Assembly (NCBI GenBank): GCA_951406725.2
Contig: OX597816.1
Span: 121,396,001-121,460,000 of the forward strand
Reading direction: 5' to 3'
DNA from: Octopus vulgaris
Taxonomy: Eukaryota
Length of the DNA: 64,000 bases
In this document: positions 41,486-54,850 of the stretch, piece by piece
How positions within the stretch are numbered: the first letter of the stretch is position 1
How the letters are laid out: each line of letters opens with the position of its first letter
Notes under the pieces: generated by a model
What the model was told of the DNA's origin: nothing
Databases searched by the model: none
The model's input: only the letters and a program-made list of their open reading frames with translations
Program-made: the position numbers and the translations under genes

Positions 41486-41686
41486 AGGTGGCAAGCTGGC
41501 AGAAACGTTAGCATGCCAGGCGAAATGCTTATCTGTATTTCATCTGTCTTTACGTTCTGAATTCAAATTCTGCTGAGGTCGACTTGCCTTTCATCCTTTT
41601 GGGGTCAATAAATTAAGTACCAGTTGTGTTTAATCAACTGGCCCCCTCCCCAAAAATTTCAGGCCTTGTGCCTAGAGCAGAAAAGA
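41486..41686 (+). mobile_element. Full-length SINE family A copy with perfect 17-bp TSD
   Basis: atatatgtttattttca at 41469-41485 and 41687-41703. Confidence 0.92.
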
Positions 41687-42817
41687 ATATATGTTTATTT
41701 TCACATTTTCTACACACTCTGTAAACAGAGTACTCTGTCATCTAAAACACATGGCACTTATTTTGTAAACCAATATTGAAGTTTACTTATAATATTCAGC
41801 ATATCTTGTTTTGGTACTTGTAATATACCACTCATTGATGGCAGGTGGAAATTTACTCTTCACTCCTCTGGTTGCTTTCATCACTAAGTGGTGATTTCTA
41901 GGAAAAGTAATTGGTAACTAAAGACATTGACTACCGAAATACTGACTACTATGGGACTTGTAAACTTTCACTTATATTACTTATATTATATCATAAGTTC
42001 ATTTTCCTTTTTGCTGTAGCTGTGTATGAATACACACATAAATAACCATCTTAAATTAGGATTCAGCATTATATAAATCATACATCTTTATATGGTGTAA
42101 GCTTTAAATGTGGTAATTAAGAGGCCTCTAAATCCTCACCTTAGGCTCTGTTAGCTATGTTACAGATATGATCTTTGAGTACACAGTACAGTGTAATCGA
42201 GTAAATTGGTAAGTGTAATATAATATAGTTGATTGAAGAGAGAAATTAATCATTGCCTTCTTTGTTGTGTTTGTTACACTATTTCGCCTAGTGTGATCTG
42301 CAATCAGTCTCAGGAAATGAATGTGGTGCTGCCATTGATACTTGAGCTGGGAACAATTGTATAATGATCTTAATGACAATGATATTGGCAGTCGTTGTCG
42401 TAGTGCAGGTGGTGGTGTTTGGGTGGGTGGGCAGGTGATAGCAGCAGTGGTTCAATATGGTGACTGATTTTTCAGCTAAATGTTAATATTAGAGAACTAG
42501 AGAGCAAGCAATACAGTGAACAGAGAACGCATCTCATAGACTGACTGATACAAAAAAAAATTACTACCTATATTTCATTTCTTCACAACAATTCTTTAAA
42601 TAAATCTGTAACAGCATGCATATGAACACACACACAACACATTCAAATATTCACACTTATATACATGATTATAGTGCAATTTGAATAGTTTACCATTGGT
42701 TCTGTTATTTTTTTTAAGTTCCTGGTCATATGATTTCTTCAAACAGTTTAAAAGTTGTCCAATGTGTTACTCTTGTTGTCTTTGAAGACTGTAGATAAAT
42801 AAAAATAAGGATTTGTA

Positions 42818-44500
42818 ATCATCATCATTATCATCATCATCATGCAGGCATGGCGTGGATGGCTTGACAGGATCCGATGGGCCCCAAGGACTGCATCATG
42901 CTTGGGTGCCTGCTTTGGCATGAATTGTTGCTATGGCTTGATACCCTCCCTAATGCCAACCACTTTATAGCATTATTGGCTGCTTTTTTTTTATGCCACC
43001 AAAACATGCAGCTTGCAAGACTATGAACACTGAGGAGGAATCCTTATGATAGGAGATGAGGAGGAAGAGATCAGTGCAGAACAGGTTTCTTGCTGCAGGC
43101 ACATGACTACTCATATTTTAGAAGAGAGGGTGGAAGTGATCAGGTGCAGCTGGAAAGAGATAAAAATAGTAGTGATGAGGTGTGTGAGTGGACCCTCGAG
43201 ATACAAAGTGAGCTGAAGTGAGTGAGAAAGAGGAACTAGGAGTGTGAATGGGTGAATGTTGCAGGAGTGTATGGAAGAGTGAGAGATGGGTAATAGGGGA
43301 GGGGAAATAGGCCACAACTGTAAAGATTGGGTGGGGTTTAAGGATGGATAAGGTGTGAAGGATGACCACTAATGCATGGGCTGGGGGAAGTAGGAGATGA
43401 CTGACGGTGCATTAAAAAAAGTGGAGAGAACAGCAGAACAGTAATGATGATATAGTAGACAGGAGGAGGATGAGAGAGAGATGATATGTGATTGGGTAGG
43501 TTGTGCGTGTGTGTGGAGCTATAGACAGAAACAGGTGTAGTGTATGAGGATTGTGAGAGACATTATGGTGGAGGTGAGATAATTTGGTGTCTCAGTGGGG
43601 GTGGGGCTGATCAATGTAAAGTGTGGGTGGAGAGAACAGTATTAATAGATGTAGGATGGACAAGTAGTACCCACCCATTTAGCTGTAAGAGAAGTAAGTG
43701 GTTTCAAGGAAAAGTTGTAGTTAGAGGGATGATGGGTGGTGGGAGTGCCTTGAAGAGGAAATTGGGTGAAAAGCCCAGATGTGTACATGTATACATGCAC
43801 AGCACTTCCAGAACTCAGTTTCAGAGTTGGGCAGGTCTTTCTGAGAACCCCATATCACCAGTCATTCTGGTTCTTTGTCATCTTTTTTGAGACTCATCCA
43901 ATGACTTCCTGAGTTTCTCTCTTTCATAAGCGCTATCTACATTAAATAATTGGCACTTATTTATGAAACTGTCCTCTTTCAAATACATCGCCTGTCCATA
44001 CAAGTGCAGTATTCTTTCTGACACACTACATCTTATTCCTTTTATACCCAGTTTTTGTTTTAGCACATTTGTACTATACCATTCATGCCCACTTACATTA
44101 CACTTCCAACAGAGCATGCTTGCTGTAATTTTCCAGTCTTCTCAAATCCTCTACAATCAAGGTTTATGCAGTATCACAGTTCTTACACAAATATTGAACA
44201 ATCTGCCTTTCACTCTGAGAGAAAATTCCTTTGTTGCCAACAGTGGAAGTAGCTCCCTGAACTCCAACCAATTCTTACTCAGCCTAGTTTGCTTTCCTAG
44301 GTAACAAAAGTTATTAACAACTTCTAGTGAGCCATCCAAGCATTTAAGAGAATCTATTTCTGGTGTGCTCATAGTATAAAGTGCATCAGTGTATCTATCA
44401 CATATTAAGCTTACATAATTTTTCTACATTTCTTATGTGCCCATAGCTTGCATTGGGTTTAGATTATAAAGTTTATACCTACTCCTTTACTACTGAAAAG
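42818..44500 (-). mobile_element. Decayed RTE-clade LINE 3' portion: post-RT domain, probable 3' UTR and (GAT)n tail
   Basis: Minus-strand peptides EVVNNFCYLG, FRELLPLLATKEFSLRVKGRLFNICVRTVILH and KLGIKGIRCSVSERILHLYG match RTE ORF C-termini. A family B end lies at 42818-43000. Confidence 0.8.
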
Positions 44501-45032
44501 AACAGTCCTGTTATGTTTTGTATATTATGAACTGTTGCAGAACTTTTTCCAGTGAAGAGTGGCGCATTATCTTTTTATGTACCATGTGTCCCAGCATGGC
44601 CACAGCTAAATGGGTGGGTACTACTAAAAGATTTTGAAATGAAACTGAAGTTGGTTTGGAAATTTTTTCGTTCTTTTTTTTTTTTTTTTAAAGTCTTTTT
44701 TAAGATACCAACATAGGTTTTTAGATTAATTCAGATATATAATTTACTTTGTTATTCTGAAGTATATTAAACATGGAATCATTGTTCTTATCTAAATCTC
44801 TAAGAAATTAATTTGCAAATATTTTTTCTCCCCACCCCAAAGACAATTAGTATCTTGAATTTAAAGATTTGTAATTTTGTTTCTTTCACTTGTCTGTTTT
44901 TGGAGAATAGCTCTTGCTGCCAGGTTGAGCAAAATAATGCTTGTTATATTTATTTAACCATTGGCTATTTTAATGCATAATTATACCTATATACATACAT
45001 ACATACATACATGCATACATATATATAAATAA

Positions 45033-45068
<36 letters not shown>

Positions 45069-46063
45069 ACATACACATATACACAATTCTGTTTGCCAGT
45101 CTCAGTTATATACACCTTTCTTTGGCACCAGATTAGCATGGTTGTTATGGAGATCTTCATTTACCTAGGCACCAGAATCGTTCTCTTTGTTAGTATGAAT
45201 TTAGATAAAGCACAATCATACCACACTGACATCAGCTTGGCTACTGACCAAGTAAAGATTAGTGCCTTGCTCAAGAATATAATTTAACATCTGCAAAACT
45301 CATGGTATATGAGCTTTTTTTTTTTTTTTTTTTTGACTTACAATGGATAATACTGAGTTACAAAATATACCACCCACTACCATGATTCTCACTTCAGAAT
45401 TTTAAAAATAGGATATTAGATTTTTGAAATAGGTACAAAGTTTTAGTCGGAGAAATAGGAAATGTTAAGATTTAGAGGCAATCATGAATTTCTCAAAAGT
45501 ATAAGTGATGTGTGAAATGAAGCCAGCAGCAGTTGGGCAGTGAAACAAATTTTATGATTCAAGAAACTAAAAAGTAAGTGTTACTGCAAAGAAGCATAAA
45601 AGTATTGACATCATGTGCTGGCAAAATATTTACTGATTTATTAGAGCGGTGAAGTAAGATTTTATGTCAATCATACTTTTCTTAAAAACTCAAAAGTAGA
45701 GAATTGGTTTAAAGAAAGATAATTGATATCAAATAATTGTTTGTTTATTTAGGATTTATTTTTAAAAGGCATAAATGCCTTTATATTTTAAGAGGATGAA
45801 AATATGAAGCTGTGTCATTGATGCATTTCATAAGAATAATTATTTGTGGTACTCAAGTGAAAATGGCTTCTGCCAGGAACCAAAATCAGCTCACACACTT
45901 GGCTTGCTGGAAGTCTCCTTCTTAATTAATCTGCAGCAGCAGCAATAGTTGTCATAATATTGAATATTGATAGCCTGAATTGTCTCTTCATTACTCACTC
46001 AGACTGTCTGTCAGTCTACTGACCCTGACATAAATATTAATGCAATTTTTACAGACCTTGGGA

Positions 46064-46099
46064 ATATGAATATGGATAATAATAATAATATGAATATGG

Positions 46100-46136
<37 letters not shown>

Positions 46137-46153
46137 TAATATGAATATGAATA

Positions 46154-46197
<44 letters not shown>
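46064..46197. repeat. (TAA)n microsatellite interrupted by TATGAA/TATGGA units
   Basis: Seen directly. It explains the poly-Tyr ORF. Confidence 0.95.
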
Positions 46198-46199
<2 letters not shown>

Positions 46200-46994
46200 C
46201 GATTGATTATGATAATAATATTAAAAGTAGAATTTAAAATTTGGTTGGTAAATTGTACTAACAAGTTCTGTTTATTTATAACTTATAATCCAGGCTACTT
46301 TCAGCTCATTGTTGCCATGCCAAAGGTGATCCTACTTACCTTTTTTTCATTCTCTTTTCTCTGTCCTATCCAATAAAGCAGTTCCACTGATGTCATTTAT
46401 TATGGTAGCTAATTCAACCATCAGGGCTGTGGAAACAGACTTTGGCAGCAACTATTGAATTGTTGTGAGGAAATATCAGAAATCTTGGCACTAATTACCA
46501 AAATACTCTTCCCATATTATTCTTGTTGGTGTTCAGATTTCATTGCAGGTGTTGTGGTTTCTCTTTGAGCAAGACACTTACCTCTACTTGCCTGAGGTTT
46601 CATGCCTAATTAAAAACATTTTATTGATATTTTTCATAGTTTTCTGGTTTATTTTCCCCTGCTTATTAACCTTTCATTAATGAAAGTACGTCCTACTTTT
46701 CTGAAGGTCAGCAATTTTAGCTACAAGTTTTATGAATGCACATTTTTGATAATTTACAAACCTTTATTGTATAGTTTATTTGTCAACTGGAGAGGGAAGT
46801 TCATATTACCAGTCAGCATTGTAGATTGCTGAACCAATTAAAATGATTGGAATCTGGTTCAGTTCAGATTTCCAGGTGGTCAGGAATAGAACTTAGTTAC
46901 AAGTAGAGTAGCCAGTCTCTACTACAAATAGGTTGAGTGAAAGCCATCTCTGAAAGGTCAAGCAGAGATAGCAGTTGCATAAATCATCCCCAAA

Positions 46995-47120
46995 TCAACC
47001 CCAAAAGGATGAAAGGCAGAGTCAACCTGAGCAGAATTTGAACTTAGAAAATAAAGACAGATGAAATACAGCCTAGCATTTCGCCTGGCAGGCTAATGTT
47101 TCTGCCAGCTCACCACCTTC
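46995..47120 (-). mobile_element. SINE family A 5' half
   Basis: ccccaaaaggatgaaaggc...gaatttgaact...tctgccagctcaccacctt. Confidence 0.85.
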
Positions 47121-47149
47121 ATCATTATATATATTACCACCTAACTATC

Positions 47150-48260
47150 ATGTCTTTCACTAGTTCTCACCTTATTAGATTGGGACTTCTGCTATTTTGA
47201 TTCTTGTAGAAGAGAACCCTGTATTCATCAGGTGATTTATTTGCTGACAACACCCGCTTTGTGAAGGGTTTAGTATGCTGTGGTTGATGTGCAGATATGT
47301 ACCAAGACTGTAGCATTTGCAAAGATTGCTGGATGGGTATGATCACTATTTAATTTGTCAAGTATATTTTTTCACAACTTGACTCTTCAATAATGCTATA
47401 ATCTTAGTTCAAGAAAAGACCATGAGTGGTGTGAGGCATACACAGCCCTCTGCCAGATGGGCCATGTGGCCTGTGGAACTTTTACATTGGCGTTCTTATA
47501 AAGGACTAGTGGCGGAGAAGAATGATAACTTGTGAGAGAACTCTGGGCAGCAGTGAAAATCAACTTGCTGCTCTGTATTGGAGGATTTTCAACCTGAGGA
47601 TTATGGATGACTTCAAGACGGTAACAATGCCTCCAAAGGATATTGTTGGTTTGAAATTCTATAGGCAGTGGAATGCTGTCAGCTGGGCTTATCCAGGCTG
47701 TGCATAGAGTGATAAAGCCGTTTTGCATGCCCTCATTTAATGTTCACCCATTGCTAACATGTGGAGGTTTGTTGAACAGAACTAATTATTGGCCATGTCC
47801 ATTGTGAAAAATCAACTCTTCATTTTACTTTAACCAAGCAGTTTTCCTCTGTTTAGTGGTTAAGACAATAGAGGTTGTGTAGTAGATGCAACAGAGAGGA
47901 CTGAGGACAGGCACATTCCTCTTTGGGAATGACTTTTCAGATTCTTCTTGAAGCAGAAGGTGAAGATGTTGAAATGTGGGTGACAGTGGCAAGTATGGCT
48001 CCAAGTAAGTGTACTTCCTCTCAGAAGATGCTTATAAACCAGGGAGTAACAGCTGATAGAGTGCATTTTACCCTTTGGTAATCAGGGTACTCCATGACAT
48101 GTACTGTTCCTTATTGGCTGTATGTGGTGCTCTTCCTCTCAGGGAACTCTGCTTTTTTGTTTTACTTTTCTACCATTCATCTGACTCCTGTAGAAACCCG
48201 CCAACACCTTTTGCATACTGTCCCATAAGTCATCACTCTTGTGACAGCAAAAAACAGATT
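47150..48260 (-). mobile_element. Possible heavily decayed LINE fragment, clade uncertain
   Basis: Higher-complexity, less AT-rich block with broken minus-strand ORFs between SINEs. No diagnostic motif was recognised. Confidence 0.3.
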
Positions 48261-48299
48261 AATTAAATGTTACCAACAATTATTATTATGATTATAATA

Positions 48300-48690
48300 A
48301 AGGGTTGTGGACTGGCAGAAATATTAAAACATCAGGAAAAATAATACATCACAGTGTTTTTTCTACCTTTTTATGGTCTGAGTTCAAATTCTGTTACAGT
48401 CAGTTTTGCTTTTCATCTCTTCAGTGTTGATATTAAAAAAGTACCAGTTTAGTATTAGGGTCAAAGGCATTGACTGACCTTATCCTCTCCAAATGGATGG
48501 CCTTGTGCCTAAATTAGAAACAGTTAATATTATTATGCATACATTATTTCTTCTGGCTCTTTCTGTTCTGAGTTCAAATCTTGTGGAGGTCATGTTTGCC
48601 TTTCATCACTTCAGGGTTGATAGAATAAAGTGCCAGTCAGATACTAGAGTTGGTGTAATCAACTAATCCCTTCTCTTCAAAATTTCTGCT
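48300..48690 (+). mobile_element. Two adjacent SINE family A copies
   Basis: ctgagttcaaat...tttgc.tttcatc..ttcag.gttgata occurs twice. Confidence 0.8.
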
Positions 48691-48754
48691 TAGATGAGAA
48701 ATCATTATTATTATTAATTTTCTTTTGCCTTTTTTCATGTTATATATATATGTG

Positions 48755-48786
<32 letters not shown>

Positions 48787-49537
48787 TATATAGATATATA
48801 GTCTGTTATTTATTATTATCATAACTCCCATCCAACATGCACCACACCATTTAGCCTTCTTAAAATGTAGTAGTAATAATAGTAGTAGCAATGGTGATGG
48901 TGGAGGGTGGTTGTGGTGGTAGTAGTATGTTATTTGCTAGACAGATTAAAGGATATTTAGGGTCTTGGTTCATTTCACTTGATTTGTTACTCCCTCTGTG
49001 TCTCTTGAAGTATTTATCCCCACCACCACTACTACTTCTGAAAATGGATCCATCAGCAGCTCATTTATTATGGTAGTTACCAGCCTCTGATAAACCCTCT
49101 CCCTAACTTTTTAGTCTCATTGACATTTTGGTTTGGAATTGCTTTCAGTGGTGTCTCCACCCAATACCATTGCTCTATTTCTCTCTCTCTCTCTCACTCT
49201 CTCCTCCTCTCTCTCATTTTTCTAAAAAAATTCTGAAGAGGGATGCCATTTTTTTCTCACCAGCTCTACTAGCATCACTTCTAAGACAATGTATGATGCT
49301 TTTAATTAAGGCAAAGAGGTGACAGAAAAAAATATATTGATAATAAATTCAATTTATATTGAAGACACAGCAGCTTCATATCCCATATTTTGTTTCGTAT
49401 CTGCAAATAAGGACTGAATGAACTGTTCTTAATTTTTTTTTTTTTCATCTAGTTATTTTAACATTGTATTTATTGTTTGCTTTTGAAAGTTTGCTTTAGT
49501 TTGAAACTGTAAATCTCTCTTACTCTGAATGTAAGTC

Positions 49538-49588
<51 letters not shown>

Positions 49589-49822
49589 CAAATAACTCTT
49601 ATAGTGCTAGTTCTGTTGTCTGTAAAGAATTTGTCTGATGAATTCTCTAAGGAGACAACTAGTACTATACTGTCTGAGTCATTTATTTAATAAATAGTAT
49701 TTTTCTCCTCTACTCAACAAATTGAGTACTTCATGATTTAAAAAAATTTTTTTCATTTTCAAAGGCAACTATTAACCACAAATATGTGTATGTGTGTGTG
49801 TGTTCAAATTTCTAGGCCTATA

Positions 49823-49858
<36 letters not shown>

Positions 49859-50904
49859 TGCACACCTCTGTTTTTGTATACATATTCTGCTGACTTCAAC
49901 TTCTCTCTTTCTCTCACTCTTTCTCATACTTTCAAACACACATACATATATTTGTGCGCATATGTATAGTATATGTATTCAATTAAAAGTTATTTATATA
50001 AAAGTTGGCTTGTAAATATAGACATAAGATTTTGATTTACTGTGATTTGAATTATTTGTTGTACTTTTGTTGTTGCTCTTGTAGTCAGTGTTGTTGCTGT
50101 TTTCTAAGAGAACTACATTTGCTTTCTTCTATTCAGTTACTCCTCCCCTCACCTTCCTTTCCCTGTCATTCTCCATGCACCATAGAAAGGATAAGATCTA
50201 TGTGATTTTCCATTCTGTGTCTTAACATATCTGCTATTTCTTTGCTTGCAAATGCTGTATCATGGCACTAACAAATATTATCTTGAGTGTCATGTTGTAT
50301 GACATTGATCTATCTATATCCATTCATTTATCCATATTATTATTGTCTTTGTCATGTTATGTAGTTGATTTTTTTCTACATTTCGGTTCTTTTTGTTTCT
50401 TATCATTTGTAAAATGTTTTATTTCCTTTTATTTTTTTTTTAAAGGAGTGATTGAAATTATGTATAACATAGTTTTTGTTGAGCTGAATATTTAAAATCC
50501 AAGGTTGTAATTACTGTTATAGTTTCACAGCTGATAATTTCATTTTTCAAAGCAATTTTATACATATTTTCATATGACTTCTTTTATGACACTTTTCAGT
50601 TTTTGTTAAGTAGAGTTAAATTTCATTTATGTGTATTGTCTCTTCATCTGTAAAGGTATTCCAGATATACCAATATTAATTTTAGAATTCTTTGGACTTT
50701 CAATTGGATAAAACTTTCCCATTTCAAAACATTTTATTGACGTTAATTTTATTTATTCATTGCTGAATCATGTTGAGTCTTCAGATATACTGTTCCTGCC
50801 AAGATTAGTTAAAAATGCATCTTAAAAAATTCATCTATGAAATATGATAAAATATGAAGAAATATAGAAGTGAAAGTTGAAATATGTAATCCCTATATTT
50901 GAGT

Positions 50905-51205
50905 ATAATAGGCATGGTTGTATAGTTAAGAAGCTCAATTTACAACTGAGTGAATTTGGCAACAGAAACTGTAAGGAAGCATATTGAATATATGTGTGGG
51001 GGTTGGGGTGTATATGTGGTTGTCTCCACACCAATTAACAATCAATGTTGGTTCGTTCACATCTCTGTAATTTAGTGGTTCACCAAAAGAGACTAGTAGA
51101 ATAAGTACCAGACTTTAAAATAAATACTGGGATTGATTTATTTGACTAAGTCCTTCAAGGCACTGCCCTAGTAAGGGTGCAGTCCAATAACTAAAACAAA
51201 TAAAG
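50905..51205 (+). mobile_element. SINE family C copy, diverged
   Basis: aaaagagactagtagaataagtacca...gactaa...gcagtccaataactaaaacaa matches the reverse complement of the 20157 copy. Confidence 0.7.
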
Positions 51206-51249
51206 GATTAAAAAAAAAAATCATTATATATTATATTATAATAATAGAG

Positions 51250-51462
51250 CTTGTTGGCTGAATCATCAGCACACCAGACAAAATGCTTTGTGGGCATTTT
51301 ATCCATCTTTGTGTTCTGAGTTCAAATTCTACTGATATCAACTTTGCTTTCATCCTTTTGGGGTTGATAAAAGGGGTACCAGTCTAGCACTGATGTCAAC
51401 TTAATTAACGACCTCCCCTGCACATAGAAATTTCAGGCCTTGTACTTATAGTAGAAAAGAAT
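51250..51462 (+). mobile_element. SINE family A copy
   Basis: gttctgagttcaaattc...aaatttcaggccttgt...tagtagaaaaga. Confidence 0.8.
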
Positions 51463-51476
51463 ATGTTGTACCCTTA

Positions 51477-51568
51477 TATTATACTATGATATATATTTTT
51501 TAATATATGATACATAAATATTATACTATGATATATATTTTTTAATATATGATACATAAATATTATAC
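51477..51568. repeat. 42-bp tandem duplication
   Basis: tattatactatgatatatattttttaatatatgatacataaa x2 plus a partial unit. Confidence 0.9.
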
Positions 51569-53689
51569 CCTTATAAGATCTTCATTTTCATTGTGATTCT
51601 ACATAGAGTTACAAATCATTTTGATACTGTAGCATTTACAGAAACTTACAGGTAGCCTTTTCTGTTTTGTCCTTATAACTTTATACAAGTGTTCTTTGTG
51701 TAGAATTGATGCAATATGTAAAGTTGTATCTGATATTAGAGATTGATTACATATCCATAAAAAAAAAAGATTATTTAAAACTGTTGAACATGCTTACCAA
51801 TCACACATACCCAATTACTTCAACTTTACATACATCCACTCATTTCATCTACACACATACCTGTCCACTCATACATTTGCCCTCACACTCATTTTCATTC
51901 ATTCTCATGTATTCACTTGCTCTCAAACATGCTCAATCACATTCACTTGATCTCTGGCTCTCTCTCTCTCTCTCTCTCGTTCTACTCTCATTCTAAATAT
52001 GCTCCTCGATTCGCCTTATTTCAATTTCTCTTGCTTCATTTTGCTCAGTTCAAACATTACTCCTGTCTGTTTTATGAACCATGAAACTTTTCTATGAAGG
52101 TTAAAGCTGAAAGTGATGTCACTGAATGTGTTGCCAGTTGATGTTTATAAAAGGCTGTCATGAGACAAGCTGAACAAAATCATTGTCACTGCTAATAAGT
52201 AGACATAGCTAAGAATACTGGTTAATTGATACCATTTTAGGAAAATTAATTACTACATTTTTCTTGTTTCTATTTCTGTCTATTTCTGTAAATCTAGTTT
52301 TACTGTGCTTAAGTGCCAGTTAAACCACAGCCCCAAATGACACATGCTCTCAAATACTGGGTCACAACCACTTTGTCCTTTTTTATATATATATATATAT
52401 ATATATTTCATTTTTTTTTTTTTTCCTGATATGTTGGGTGAAGTATTTGAAAAATAATCTTTTTCTCAGGAAAGCTAGTTCACCTGTGTTGACTTAAACC
52501 AAGCATAAAGAGTTAAGTAACTAAACATTTCAACCATTGCTTCAAAGATGTTTTTGTTCTTGTATATCTTTTAGTTTTAAATAATGGAGCGAGCATGTTT
52601 GCTGTTCCGAAGCATAACCTGTTTAACTACAGAAAGGCTTTCTATGGCCTGGAAATAAACTTTTATTTTTATTTTATTTTTTATCTAATGCTATTTTTTA
52701 TATAAATATGTCTTGATAGAAATAGGAATTTTACTTTTTTTTTTTTGCCTTATATTTTTTATGAATACTAAACTTCAACAAAAATTTCCTTTATTCACAT
52801 TATTTCTGACATTGTTAGAAGATTTCTATTTATAGTATGTAAATTTTTCAGCTGAGCTGACTGACTGAAGGTGGAGTCAAGATTAGACCTTTAACTAACT
52901 ATATGTGTGTGTGTGTATTACTATAGAGGTCTTAAACAGAAATATTAAGATTAGCTAAACTTCAACAATTGAAGATAAATACCATTTATTTAAATACATT
53001 TATGCTCATATGTAGTGAAATAGAAATTCAAATTGATAGAAAGTATGCTTAGAAACTATTTGGAATTCCAGTTTCTACTCAAATGGATGATGTACAGGTT
53101 GAAAGAATTGTGATTTATAGAAATTTTGCTTGAAATATCTTACAAACTTTTCAAGCAAAAGAATAAAATGAACTGTGATACAATTGAGTTTCTTTTTTTG
53201 TGGAGTCAAGTGTTTTAATAACTAAAATATGGTAACATTGTCAGAATATTTCTTGAATTATTTTCTTCCTAGAATAGAATGTGGTTTGTTAATAATTTTT
53301 ATAGATTATATGTCTCTGAGGATTTATGAATTGGTAAAATAACTGACAGTACTGAACTTTGGATATGTGATAAATGCCACCATCTACACAGCTTTGCTGT
53401 AATAATCTCATTTACAAAGAAGGATATATCTTTTGGGATGCTTAGAACAAAGAATATCTCTTTCATTCTTGTTCTCTCTATTCCTCTCTCTCTCTATCTC
53501 TCTATCATTCCATTTTTCATTTCAGTCTTTCTTTCACTCATTCACACACACCCACACTCACAGTGGTTATAAATTCAAATGTTGATAGCTTTGTAAATAT
53601 GAAGAGGATTTCTATGTTAACTACATTAAATATAAATATAAACAGATTCAGTACACCTATTTTTCACACACACATACACACACCCACAC

Positions 53690-54850
53690 TCCAACAGAAG
53701 TTTAAGACCGGCTGTCCGTGGGAACTTCTGTATAGTGATGACCTAGTTCTCAGGGATGAATCTGTTGAAGAATTAAAGAAGAAATTCCAAATGTAGAAGC
53801 AACGCCTAGAACTGACAAAGCAGACAAAAAGTTTTATTTCACAGGAAAGAAGATAGGATACTACTGTCTTCTGGGACATAACCATGTTTAATATGCAAAA
53901 AGGAAGTAAGCAAAGAAGCTCTGTGGTGTACTCTGTCTAGACTAGGTGCACAAAAGATGCAGTGGAATTACATGTAGGCTAACTGAGAAGGACTTTGTAT
54001 GTAGGACTATGTATGTACAGAAGTAATTCCCATAAGAGCTACTATAAAATGTTCTTTTCAAATACCCAGGAGTATCTCTTTTAGTAGCTGATAGTATCTA
54101 TTATTTAGATGACCTAAAGTTCAAGACAGTAGAATCATTGCTGTACCATAGAAAATGCTTATTGATATTCCTTTCAACTTTATGTTCTGAGTTCAAATTC
54201 CACCAAGGTCAACTTTGATTTTCATCCTTTCAGGGTCGATAAAACAAGTACCTGTTGAACAGTGGGGCTGATGTAATCGACTAGCATCTTACCTCAAAAT
54301 TTCAGGCCTTTCCCAAAGTAGTAAGGATTATTTAGATGACCTAATCAACAGTGGAGTAGGACCTTCTAATTGGAGTAAGATTTGTTAGAAAAAGTTCAAA
54401 GAGCTCCTAATTCTGATAGCAATAAATGCATTTTCTCATTGAGTGAAGGGCATATGATGTTTGTGTTCAAACTGTGATGCTACATGGTGATGAGACATGG
54501 GCATTGAATGTGGAGGATATCTGAAGGGTGCAAAGAAGTGATGTAATTAATGTTAGTATGGATGAATGACAGAGTACTTATTTGATGAGTGAAAAATTGG
54601 GTGTATGGAAATCAGACCTAATGTTGCAAGAAGGAAGACTGAGCTGTGTCAAGGATGTAGGATGACAAGATGAGTAAAAAGTGCCAAGTGATCCATATAG
54701 GAGAAACTGCAAAAAAGGAAAACTCAGGAAGAAATGGGGTATCTAATCTCAGGTAGCTGAACCTCATGAAGGAGATGATAAAAAAAAACACAACAAAATA
54801 CAAGGCTCTGTATCTAATAAGACCCATTTAATACATGCATGCTTGAGAGA
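53690..54850 (+). mobile_element. Decayed RTE-clade LINE (RT domain to C-terminus) interrupted by a SINE
   Basis: FKTGCPWELLYSDDLVL carries the RT Y(A/S)DD motif. Downstream are YLDDLI and MLHGDETWAL. Many stops and frameshifts. Confidence 0.85.
54118..54326 (+). mobile_element. SINE family A copy nested in the RTE, with 18-bp TSD
   Basis: attatttagatgacctaa at 54100-54117 and 54327-54344. Confidence 0.9.

Noticed and set aside
49635-49665. CTGATGA followed by a short stem and ACTAGT (hammerhead-like)
   Set aside because: GAAA is absent and no stem I can be formed.
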